From assembly GCF_009834535.1 (NCBI RefSeq), contig NC_045697.1, positions 106,456,001-106,520,000 of the forward strand: 64,000 nt of DNA. The letters are read 5' to 3'. This document shows, piece after piece, positions 1 to 11,920 of the stretch (position 1 is the stretch's first letter; every line of letters begins with the position of its first letter). The position numbers and the translations under genes are program-made. The notes below the pieces were generated by a model. It did not search any database, was not told the DNA's origin, and saw nothing but the letters and a program-made list of their open reading frames with translations. The stretch is from Camelus ferus. Taxonomy: Eukaryota.

Positions 1-1589
1 AGGATGGTATCTATACCACAGTGTAGCTGTGGGAGGAATTGGAAAATTGCTACAATCCTACTCTTAAACAAAAAAATAACTGGGACCCCTATGGAAAGTC
101 ATCTAATCAGTTCATGTAAGTGTCAGAAAATATCAATGGAAAGAGTAATATCAGACAACATCCACCAAAGGATAGAATGAATTTCTGCCCCTATGTAGGG
201 GGCTGGAGACAATATCAGACAGAAGACAATTTTAGCTTCAAGTAGGATTACACTTGTCCTGAAAGTAAGTAGTTTTTTTTCTTTTTTTCCCATACAAAGT
301 AAAACTGCTACAAAGGACAAGAAAAAAGACATCTTAAAAGCAGTCAATTAAATGTAGAGAACAACATGATCAAATTAGCTTTACTATATCATTAAGATTG
401 TATATTCTTTACAAGAGTGCTTTACATACATTACCCAAATAACTAAAATATGCCTTTCAAAATCTATTTATAGAATTTCAAATAGTCCTTTAAATATGTT
501 ACTGTCGATGCAATGGAAATCACATAACCCACCACATCGTTAAGCGTGATTATCCTCTGGTTTCACTTCTTTTGGAGCAGGGAGGTTCACTTTTAAACCA
601 GGAAATCAGTAAGCTGATTTCAGCAAATATAAAAAATTCTCAGGTGTATCATATTAAAATTCATGTCCTATAGACATTTTTAAGATGACTTTTAAATTGC
701 CAAGCTATATTTAGATTCCTTTAAAAAAAAAAAAAGCTCCTGAATGATAATTTTATATTATTTATCAATAAAATATCCACTGTCATCTTATCATTTATCT
801 ACTTGACTAAATCAGAATTTACCAACTGCATTTTCCCTAAGGAAACTTTTCAATGTAACCAAAAGTTGGAGCTGAATTGAAAAAAGGCAGATGATTCCAA
901 TGGTTCCATGTTTTCTGTCTACTTAGTTTTTCTGCTGGAAACTGAATAAAGAGAAACAAATGAATCCTTTGAGTTTTCTTATTATATTTCATATTTTTCA
1001 CTGACAAACCTTGCATGTAGTCCTTGGGTGCTTAGCTCTAAACTGACATATGTCCTCAGCATATTTATCTGGGTTCATGCCCTTGGTACAGCCAGTTTTA
1101 AAATAAAAGATAACACAAGTATCAGTATCTACATTTCTTCATTAAAAAGCTGGCTATAGTGATTAGCATTTTAGTCAGTAGATCATAATACATGGTTTTT
1201 TGGTAACTGATTCTTCTCAGGCAAGTATCTGCTCAAATTTCCCAATCCTGTGTCACAGAAAAGGACAAGAATTCAGATCAAGAGATAAACATATTAATTA
1301 CATATAAATATTGAAAAGTCCTTTTTCACTAAAAAGCAAATTATGCTACTGTAAAAACCCATGGATTAAAAAAAAAAACCCTCATCAAAACAATAAGGCG
1401 CTTTGTACCAATTATCCCTATGTCACTATGTTACCTCAAATTAACTATACTTACAGAGTGTCATTTTAATCATTTAGAAAATATATTATTTGATATTGAA
1501 ATTTAATTTTTATTTCACCCTCTATCACTGTTTAAATATTCATCATTTACTAATTTTGTATTGCTGCCTTCCATAAACAAAGAAAATTG

Positions 1590-2085
1590 AATCTCTTTCT
1601 GTAGCAAGTTGCAGAGAGTAAAGTAAAACTTGAGCTCAACCAAAGGAGAATGTATATAGGCTTATGCAATTAAAAAGTCCTAAGTACTTCAATTAAAAAA
1701 AATAAAAATAAAAAGTCCAAAATAAAACATTTCAGGACACATCATCATCAGGACTCATTTTTCTCTCTTTTCACCTCTCAGCCCTTATTGATGTTGGCAA
1801 GCTCCCAATATACAATGAAAAGATGGCTTCCAACAGTTCTAGGCTTACATTGTCAGAGCTCAGTGTACTCTGATTGCTTTAGTTCTAGCAAAGGTCTATG
1901 GATAAATCAACATTGGCTCTGAAGGCCCTGGCTATGCCACATGTCTATCTGGGAACAAATCACAATATTCTCATTGGTCAGGAGTGGGTTAGGACCTCCC
2001 TTGGAGATATACCCAAATCACATGGACTGAAAACAGATGACATGTAGTTCTCTAAGAAACATCAGAGAAACCTTACTAAGAAAAC
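1590..2085. mobile_element. Old MaLR LTR fragment (MLT1J/K/L-like)
   Basis: Segments such as AAGATGGCTTCCAACAGTTCTAGGCTTACAT and CCCAAATCACATGGACTGA resemble remembered MLT1 consensus. Confidence 0.55.
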
Positions 2086-2300
2086 AATTTTTTTAAATAT
2101 TTGGTACCAGAAACTTTGATTTTCACTAACCAAGACTAATAGCTACTTCATATACAGATTAAACTGAGGCCTCTACACAAACATTGTGATATTTATATCT
2201 TTTGATTTGGGGCTGTCTGGAATTCATGTGCTAAAATACCCATCAGAGACTACTATGTTCCTATGTGATAAAATTTGTCAGAAGAAACCAGGTTCCTTAC

Positions 2301-2329
2301 TAAAACATTCTGTGTTCAACATCGTTAAC
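2301..2329 (-). other. Candidate 29-nt microexon
   Basis: Strong acceptor ttttttctttttgcttttacctccttCAG| and donor TTA|GTAAGG bracket GTTAACGATGTTGAACACAGAATGTTTTA. Confidence 0.55.
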
Positions 2330-2979
2330 CTGAAGGAGGTAAAAGCAAAAAGAAAAAAACATGTTCATATTCACACCTATTTGCTGCACCAGCCAAATGA
2401 GTCGAATTTGTGGCAGATATAAACAGTATCTAATACAAGCAAGAACTGAAATAAAATGAGTAAACAAAAACAAATATTACTTTTTGTAATTCAACTAAAA
2501 AATTGAGTTGAGGAAGAGGTCTGCTACTATGATGACTCACTCCTTCATTCTTCTAATTCTTACATCTGAGACCTCTTTTCCCCTCAACTACAAGCTCAGT
2601 TCTGCACCTGAAGAACTTAAGCACCCCAAATCAGTAATTCTGTCTGATTCAGACTTGCTGTTGGCCCTGTACTGACTTTGTTCCCTGAATCTAATAACTG
2701 GATTCTTGCTGCATTCCTTAAAATAAAAACCCCACTAGTATTGCAGTTCTAAGGTTTCCTTGTTCCTGAGCTTCTTTTTCTGTATGACCCCAACCTTAAA
2801 TTACCTACACTTCACTTATTCAAACTTTCAATAAAGTTTTATTGAGCAGCTGATAGTTTCTACATGGATGTAGACATCATCATTGTCCTCATGTTTCCTA
2901 TTCCCAGACTTCGCTGTCCCCATGCTTTCCCCACCCACTCAGGTGATAGTGGCTTACCAGGATCCCTCCTAACACCTAT

Positions 2980-3140
2980 AATGTCTGGAGTCAGAAAGAC
3001 TTCAAATTCTATCGCCCCACTTTACGATTCCATGTAACTTTGGGCTGGTTACCCAATCTCTTAAATCTTACCTTATTTTTATAATAGAAATAATAATAAC
3101 CTAACCATACCATAGCTTGATTGGGGAGAGTAAAAAAAAT
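2980..3140 (+). mobile_element. MIR SINE fragment
   Basis: TCTGGAGTCAGA...TGTAACTTTGGGCTGGTTACCCAATCTCT resembles the MIR core. Confidence 0.6.
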
Positions 3141-6042
3141 CACATAGAAGGCAAACATAAGTGCACATTTTCTTCTGATGGCCCACTACTATTCAAATAT
3201 ACAATTTATATTTGGAAAGGTGAATGATGCTTTGAATAAATGAGAGTCCTGTCAATAAAATCACTTAAGTATAACCTCCACAATGGATCAGGTACCATAA
3301 AAGGATAAACTTGCATAAAAAGTATTCTCTGATGCAAGAAACCCTGAAGTGTTAGTGGAATGAATTTAACTCATCTGATATAACTCATGGCAGTAATTAG
3401 AGAATGGTAATCTGGTCCGTAAATTAAGGAATGAATTAAAGAATCAGCGGGAGGGTCCTTGCATAACTAAGGATGAAACTCTTCCTAAAACATAGGCTAA
3501 AATCATAATAAAATATCAAAAGTGACTGTGAAACTGCACAGCCCAGCAACTATAAGCTCCACTCTGAGACAACCCAGAGATCAGGCCACAAGCCAAGGAA
3601 AAACATACACTCATGCACACCCACTTCCTTCTAAGCATCAATTAAACAGACACCAAATGTAGCTCTTACACATTTATGCTAATAAATTCTAATGACATGA
3701 GGTAACTCAATCATCCAATTTTAATGGTCTTTATCTTTGAAATTTATCATTCCGGTATCAACATGAAGACAAATATTATGACTTTAGATTCCTTAATATT
3801 ATCTTATATGTTAGATCATTGACTTCATTTTAGAAAGAGCAATGGTTATTTTCGATAATCAAACCTTCTGTAATTAAAAAGCAAAGCCATATAAAGTACA
3901 AGGAATTTTATTCAGGCACCAAAATTTCAATACAAGGATTAATGATAAGATTTATGCTTTATATTTCATTACACATAAATAGCTTTTGTAGGTAATGCTA
4001 TTTATTGACTACATTTTATTAGTCTTTTGGGTTTTTTCTCCATCTTTCTTTTATTGGCTCTAACTATCCTCCTTTTTATCTATAAAAAAAATTTAATGTG
4101 CATTCTGCAGTGATGCTATTGAATGGCTGAGAATTCTTAACAGTCATTGCACACCAGAAACATAACCATACTTCATATGATGTCCTTATTTTACACCATA
4201 GGGATGTTTAGATTAAGAGCCTATAATAGAATAAGAAGCAAAACACCAGAATACCATTCAATCACTTGGAAATTGCCATTATTGCAAACAGTACACATTT
4301 AAACTATCACACTGGAATCTTAAATCTTAAACTTAACACAGAGATTAATTACCAGTAGAAAAATAAGTATGGGTTGAGAACTAAAGTTGTTTTTTTCTTC
4401 CACAACATGAAGACAGTGTATATACAACTGACATCAAGCACAAGCTAACAAGAGACTAAACTGATACAAACAGTATGCCAAGCAAAACTCAGCTCTCTGC
4501 CAAAGGCTTTCCCCAAGAGGTGAATAACATTTTCCATAAGTCCATGGAAATTGCAGAATTGGTTTGGTAATGAAATATTCTCAGCCACTTTTTTATGTAT
4601 GATTTAACATTTCTGTCCTCTACTGAATAGTATAAGTTGCATTAATTACATCAGAGGGAAGCCTAGATTTATTATTCAGTGAAAAGATTAGCAGTATTTT
4701 AATTCACTTGAGAAAATTTTGCCATATGTAAAAATGAAAATATTCATTTTTAAACTTACTTTTCATAATATAAGAGCATTTATACAATTACAGTGTCATT
4801 CCATGAGTTAAAATTAAATATACAATTTTCAGACAGGAGCATTTTGTATTATGTGATGCTAATTATACAGAATTATAATTAAAAGAGCCATACTGCAATT
4901 TTCATAGAGCTACATGTTTGGGCCAATTCATCATTGAAAGCTTAGATAGCCTTGCAAAGGAAGTAGATTTTTTAGAATATTTTCTGTCCAACTGTTCCTA
5001 AGATACATCATGGGTGACTTTCAAACAACAGACAAATTTAATATATCAGTAATCTCTATTTTTGACTTTGACCAGTCATTAGTTACCTTCTTCTATTATT
5101 AGTAGAATTTAATGTGTTTACAAATAAAAGCCATAATTGGCTGCTGTGCTTACTGTTTTTACTGGATCATTTCCAGAGATTAGAAAAGCAAACAATCAAA
5201 CCAAGTCATGAAAAATACAAGTGATACTGCAATATTATAGTGAGTCAGGCAGTAATACATCTGACTATTATCCAAAGTGTTCAGGGGAACCAAAGCTTTA
5301 AGAGCGTTTCAACCATGTTGGTAAAAAAAGCAGGCTCTACACTGAGCCCCATGCATTTCAGCACTGGAGCTATGTTCACTTACAGTAGTTCACATCCTGA
5401 AAAGATACATAAATTGTCTGTGTCCTTGACTGGGAACCTGTGACTTTGGAAAATTAAATTTCACATTCATTATTTATGAGGTCAGCATAAATCCCCTGAT
5501 AGAATTTCAGCCTAATTAAGAAGTGTTAAGAGAAGTATGCATTTCCTTACTAGTTCACATAAACACTTCACTGGTATAAAAAAGAAGATAGCTATCTTCT
5601 AACTGAGGAAAACTAATGAATCCACAGCATTTATACCTAAGACCATTTGGAGAAACTCAAATTTCTTCTTCTTTTGTAGTTTTGAGTTCTAAGTATTCGG
5701 AATCAGAGCTACTCCAAATTTTTTTCCATGACAAAGGAAGCAAGAGGCAAGAGACATGACATTTTTCTTTTTTACTTTTTACCATCAGGCACCTCTTTCC
5801 CTGACATCTGTCAGTTACTTTACTTTAGTCTTCCTAGTGCCCCTTTCCTCTAATTTCACCAGTTTCTAATCCACTCCTTCTATCCTTTCCTGCTTCATAA
5901 CTATAAAATCAGGCAAAACTAAAGACTGTTCTAAGTAAAATTCACTGATAGTATATATTGTTTCAAATGTGGATGTCATAAGTTGGTTTTCAGTTCTTCT
6001 ACATTTTCCAGAACACAAATTTCGCTGCAACAAAACTTTTAC

Positions 6043-6153
6043 GTGCTCTGTTATAATAGATTCAGTTATTGGTTGCATGCCAATGCGTTTTAAGAATCAG
6101 TCATTTCTACAAGTATTTATTGGGTCCGTGCAGAATTCAGTCCATGACAGAAT
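6043..6153 (-). other. Candidate 5'UTR/uORF exon (111 nt)
   Basis: Acceptor tttttttctccctctttgtccttaaAG|ATTCTG and a weaker donor CAC|GTAAAA. It contains an ATG at 6078 that is open to the donor in phase 0 (MQPITESIITEH). Confidence 0.45.
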
Positions 6154-6372
6154 CTTTAAGGACAAAGAGGGAGAAAAAAACACCTATAAGATACTTAAAC
6201 CTGCTTTCAATGCCCTAAAATTCTTTAAAAACAAAACAAAAAGGCAAAAGCCTAAATACTTAAATAACAAGATAATACTCAAAACGCAGGCTACTACAGA
6301 GGCAAGATGGTCACCTAGGCACAATTTACCTTTCTCCCTCTCAAATCTCACTGAAATGAATTGAAAATGTAG

Positions 6373-6695
6373 AAAATAAGTCAAACAGAGAAAGGCAAAG
6401 TGTATGATACCACTCACATGTGGAATCTAGAATCTAAAAAATACAACAAACTAGTGAATACTATAAAACAGAAGCAGACTCACAGATAGAATAAACTAGT
6501 GGTTATCAGTGGGGAGAGTGGGGGGTGGACAACACAGGGGTAGGGGAATGGGAGGTACCAATTACTGGGGGTTAGATGGTCTACAAGGATAGGGAGTATA
6601 GCCAATATTTCATAATAACTGTAAATGGAGTGTAACCTTTAAATTTATTAAAAATTTAATTTTTTTTTAATTTTAAAAAAAGGGAAAAAAAAGAA
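6373..6695 (+). mobile_element. 5'-truncated L1 3' end (relatively young)
   Basis: AAATAAGTCAAACAGAGAAAGGCAAA...CATGTGGAATCTA, a G-rich tract and an A-rich tail. Imperfect TSD AAAATG(T/C)AG at 6364-6372 and 6696-6704. Confidence 0.85.
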
Positions 6696-7269
6696 AAAAT
6701 GCAGGAAAGGGAGCCTAATAACAAAAAGTGAATGCAGTAGGAAAGCTAGTGGACAGTAAACTCTAAGTAGCCCACAATATTTAATGGATTTAGAGAAGAC
6801 AGGACACAGATGGGATTATTGTAGTGACTATGTGTGAAGACAAAGCTTGAGACACAGATGAGGGCTGCCAGAAGGTAGGTCTGTTTTGTCTGAGAGAGAA
6901 GCTCAGAAAGGTTCTAGCAACACAAGCTGGAGGCGTGGAGGAAAAGAGTAGGTTGTACAGCAGTACTGAGGGCGTCTGAGTAAGGGACTGACACTGAACA
7001 GCTGGGTAAGTCTCTCCCACTTCCTCTTTTGGACAACTGGCAGAAATGCCATATGACACAGCCCATCTCTAAAGAATTTAAATGATTTTTCTTGGAAGGG
7101 CTACACTCCAAAGGAAAGCACCAGACTGTCTGTCTATTATCCAGTACACATCTTAAGTTCAAGCCTATCTACCAGTCAAACATGCCTACTCAAGTACACA
7201 TAGTTTATACTCAACTCTTTCCATCAGGGCACTAGAGGCAAACAATGGCGAAGGAAAGCAATGCCTCCA

Positions 7270-8070
7270 AGTTGTGATGCTCAAACTTCCCCATTAACAA
7301 AGTGAAAATGAACAACCATGCATCACCAGGCATTTGAGAAAAATCAATAGCACAAGAGAAAGTATAAGGAACACTGCACCCACATAATAAAAACAGGTGT
7401 CTGTGGGAGAAAAAAAAGAAGTAATTAGAGAACAAGGTTTTAAGAAAAATTAAAAGTACAATTACAAAAATTAAAATTCAGTGAAAGAACTACAAGATAA
7501 AGTCAAGAAACCATGGAGTAAAAGCAAAAAATAAGAAAAAGTTGAGATAGATATATATAGACATAGATGTAGGTATATTAGCCTTTATTGTTCTTTAGTA
7601 TACAATGTACAGGATATAATTTTTTTTAAATACAAAACCAAGGACATGAGTGTCTAGTATGAAAATAAGAAGGAGCCTTTCCCTTTGCTTTCTACTTTGC
7701 AGGATGCACTCCCTGATGCTTGTGGGGGGTTGGGGGAGAGGGGAAGCAATTAGAGAAGCAAAGATAAGGAATCAGAATCTTCTGAGTCAATTAATAAAAC
7801 TAATTTATCTATTAAAAAAAACTACAAAACATGCAAAGAGACAAGAAACTCACAATCAAGAGAATATATACTCAGTAGAAACAAGGTACAATGGTTGAAA
7901 GGATGGAGTATTCAGAAGATAAATGGAAACTAAAAAAACAACTAACAGGAAATTCTATAACTGAAAAAGACAATTATCTGAGATTTCAAAATTCTTTGGA
8001 TGGACTTAACTTCAGATTGCACACTGCAGAAGAAAACAGTACTGAAATGAAGAGAGGGCAGAGTGATTAA
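7270..8070 (+). mobile_element. Decayed L1/HAL1 ORF1-region fragments
   Basis: Strongly A-rich, with ATCACCAGGCATTTGAGAAAA and TGGATGGACTTAAC..CAGATTGCACACTGCAGAAGAAA segments typical of old L1 ORF1. Confidence 0.5.
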
Positions 8071-10729
8071 GTTTAAACTGGGCATAAATAAAGGACAGAT
8101 CAACAATACTTTGAACATCACCTTTCACTATGAAAATTATCTGGATTTGTATCTGATGATAAATCATACGGTCACCCGTGCTATTAGATATGAAGCTGTA
8201 GCTTCTGACCTTCCAGATTTGATTTTTCCAAACTGGTATGAATGAGATAGTTTATTTCCTCAAAATATAAGTAATTAAGGTTAAAAACTCTAATGTGGTA
8301 GGTTGTGTTGGAACTCTTGTAGTTCTCAGTCTTCCATGGGTGTGATTAACCAAGAATATGTTAGCTTGCTTTTCTACTCACATATGCTGTTCTGTAAGAA
8401 GAAACAAGCCTAACAATTCTTAAAATAAACAGATTATATTTCAAAGCCTTTACAATTTAGAGCAAGCTTAAAAAAATGGAAACACCTGCTTAAGCAAAAA
8501 TATTTTTCAAGCCTACCAAGGACACAACTACCTTGCATTATCTCTGCCATGTAGCAAACCACAAAGAAAAAAAATACATATCTGAAAGAAATATTTCCTT
8601 CAAACAACAGAGATACAGAATTGCTTTACTTCATAATTCTGAGCTCTCCTCTTTGCTTTTGACAATAATTAGTCTCATAACCTTAAACTTCCCTAGAGTT
8701 TAAAATAAAAATAGTTTAATTAAATTGCTTTCCTCTGGTTAATGAAAGTTTAATAAATAATGTTTAATTGAATTAAACATTTGTTTAATTGTTTAAACAT
8801 TAGGCAATTGTTTAATGAATAAAATATAATAGCACTATATATGTTTTATGGCATTATTCTAATACAGCTTGTCTGTTTTTTAAGGGCCTGTATTTTCTTT
8901 CCCCATATATATCACACAAAACATAACACAAATTCCAAGCAAAAATACAAAACCATTTCTCCATAGTACCCTATACTATTAACCTAAAGGCCTTCATTAT
9001 GGAAAAAGAACTGGACCACAGTATTTCAAAGTTGAACGTTTGTCTTTGCCATTTTCCCACTCCTCTTTCTTCACTCATCTTCTGGTGCCTGTGTCTCATC
9101 TTCTCAATTCCAAATATCCAGTGCCCTCATGCTGCCCTCTGGACGTCAAAAATAAGCCCACTTCATTGCCCTCTGCTCAGGCATGCCTTATGCTTAAGAA
9201 CCCCAAGGACTAAATTACTTCCCTTTTCTCTCTTCCTGGCTGCCATCAAAACTTCCATTAACTAAAGAAAAGCAATTTAATTAAACTAAGCCACATTAGA
9301 TTGTGAATGATTGATTAATAGACTACTTAACCCTCCCTGGGATATTTTTATTTTAAAAGAGGACACTGTAATCTAAGTAAATCTGTAATAAGTAGAGTTT
9401 GAAACAGTTCAAAAAAGTAGGGAGAAATATATAGGCTTCTTTCAGGGAGATCTGTTTTGATAGAAGGGCCTTGTGACGGTCCCTTAAATTATCCCTGTTG
9501 GTGGCCACCTACTCAGCCTCAGTTCCTGACTTGGGGAATAAAGCGTTGACTGAAATGCCCTTTTCCAGTTTTATAAGTGAGCAGCAAAGTGCTCTCAGAG
9601 GAGAGCATTTGACTTTGAAACTGACTTCAGAAGTTGAAGTATGGCTTATTACTCCTCTGGGTGAACTGAGAAATACAAATGCTTCTTTTAACTTGGAGCC
9701 AAATTCCCAAGAGCCATCCTTAAACACCAGATATCACTATGACAAAGGTCAAATCCTTTGTCATGTGGAAATGACCCTAAAGATACTCTTTTAAGATTGA
9801 TTACATGTTTTTTAACTTTTAAATGGAAGACGGGAATGAGCCCAGAAATACATGATATAACCTCACACTGCAAAGATGCAAATGAGAATATGACAGTAGA
9901 GGAGCTTCTACAAACTTCATTGTAAAATTCAGCCTCTCATCTTATCTTCCAGATCACACACACACATAGTCCTTAAGTGACAGTAAAAACTCCTATTCCC
10001 AAATATTATTTAGTGTATCCTCTTAAATTTAGCTACATTTCATCTTAACATTTTGTAACAACATTAATAATTAAAGTGCTGACATATCTCTATTGTTGAT
10101 AAATAGGTTAGAAGTAATTAAAACTTCCTTTTAGTTTTAATTCACAATGTATTTTTTTCTGTCTAATCCCAAGTATGAAATACAAAGAGAAGGAACTGTT
10201 TACTCTTTGCCTCCAGTTTGAGTGATGTAAATTGAAGAACTTCCACTCTAGCTAACTATAAATTTTGCCCTCCCCTACAACAAGGTGACAATACAGAGCT
10301 CTCTGGTCATGATAAAAGCCTCTAGCATTTTACTTTATCATAATAGTTGTAAAACTCAACAACGTGCTCCTGGTTATGAGACAACTGCATTAATATCTCA
10401 GAGTTCCAAGCATCTCTCTGCAGAAATGTCAGGGTATAGTTATTTCCTGACAAACTTTTTTTACTGCATTAAGATATACAGTCAGCCCTTGCTAAGCTTT
10501 TTCACTGCATTATACTTTGTCTTAGTTTTCAAAATTCACATGGGTGGCTAGATAGAAAACTACCACACAAGAAAGACATAGTTGCAATACCTATACCCCA
10601 AACACAAAAATTTAATTGATTTTTTCTTTTAGCTCAAAAAATAAATCCTTCTTCACAGCTAAGTAAACTTTCTATACCTATATAAGATCTGTCTTCTGAA
10701 AGCTTCCCATTCAAAGGTACATTTTGAAT

Positions 10730-11920
10730 AGGGTGTTCCAGAGCAAGATAGTGTATAGAACAAAAGAATCTAATTTGGCCTTTTTAAAAGATATGAACCT
10801 ATAAGAACAGAAAGAGCAGGAGAAGAGACAATGGCAACTAAATTTTGGAAGATGGAAAGCGGGTGCACAAATAGTAATTGAATTACCAGACCAAGAAAGT
10901 TCAGTCTAAAGTGGGCAGTGGGAAAGGCTGAGAACTGACTAGTTACATTCCCCCAAATGCTCTGCAAATGGTTAACACCAGTTTCTCTAGAAGTGGGAGA
11001 AAGGGGGGTGGCAGGTGGGAACCTAAAATAAGGAGGATTGGAAAAAAGGTATTTGAGAAGTGGTCAGATAAATACCTATGTGTCTTCCTCTACTCCACTT
11101 TGCTGAGCGATGTCCCTCACCCTGCCCCCTTTCCATCTCCACTACTCCCACTAAAGTCTGGAAAGGGTAAAACAGAGGGTCTTTGAATTGGGAGGATCCC
11201 ACCCAAGCAACTGAGGATGTGGGAAATCTACTGAAAACAAAGGGATTAAGTAACTTCACACATAGGAGGCTAAGTGCTGAGACATCCTCTTTGCACCCCA
11301 CCCACCCCCAACCCATTTGCCAGTGCCAGAAGACTGGCCACTAGAACTTTTCCCTCTGGAAAAGATCAGAACACACTTCTCTAGGGAGTTTGATCAGTCC
11401 TATTAATGGCCCAACCAGGTCACTCACAATAAAACTCAAATCTGACACTGCTAAAATGCTCAGAGCTCCCAAGAAGCTTTTTAGTCCCCTACTTTGAGAA
11501 GATAGGCCAAAACAAACTACTTTTTAAAAAGCAACTTGTAGAACACAGAGACTATTCAGGGAGGAAAAAAAAAAACTTTTTTTTAAAAAATCAGAGCAAG
11601 AAGTCAAGGTATCTCGTTTATGATACAAGAGCCCAAAATGCCACAAATAAGGAATATTCAAGGAGCAACAACAGAAAGAACTTTTAGAAACCAAAGGAAA
11701 TAATAGAAGAAATCTAAAAATCAATATAAAGATTAGAAGATAAAACCAAAGTAATCTCCCAGAAAACAGATCAAATAGGACAAAGAGATTTTTAAAAAAG
11801 GAAAGGAAAGACACAAAAAGTAGGAGAGCAGTCTAGGAGATCCAACAATTGCAAAGCAGGATTTCCAGGAAGAGAAAACAGAGGAGAGAAAATTATCAAT
11901 AAAAGAATTCAAGAATATTT
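10730..11920 (+). mobile_element. Old L1/HAL1-like 5' region and ORF1 remnant
   Basis: Purine-rich 5' part followed by A-rich ORF1-like sequence ending GAAAATTATCAATAAAAGAATTCAAGAATATTT. Confidence 0.55.

Noticed and set aside
5866..6078. 70-aa unspliced ORF MQPITES...
   Set aside because: Only the first 12 codons fall inside the candidate exon. The remainder looks like intronic read-through.
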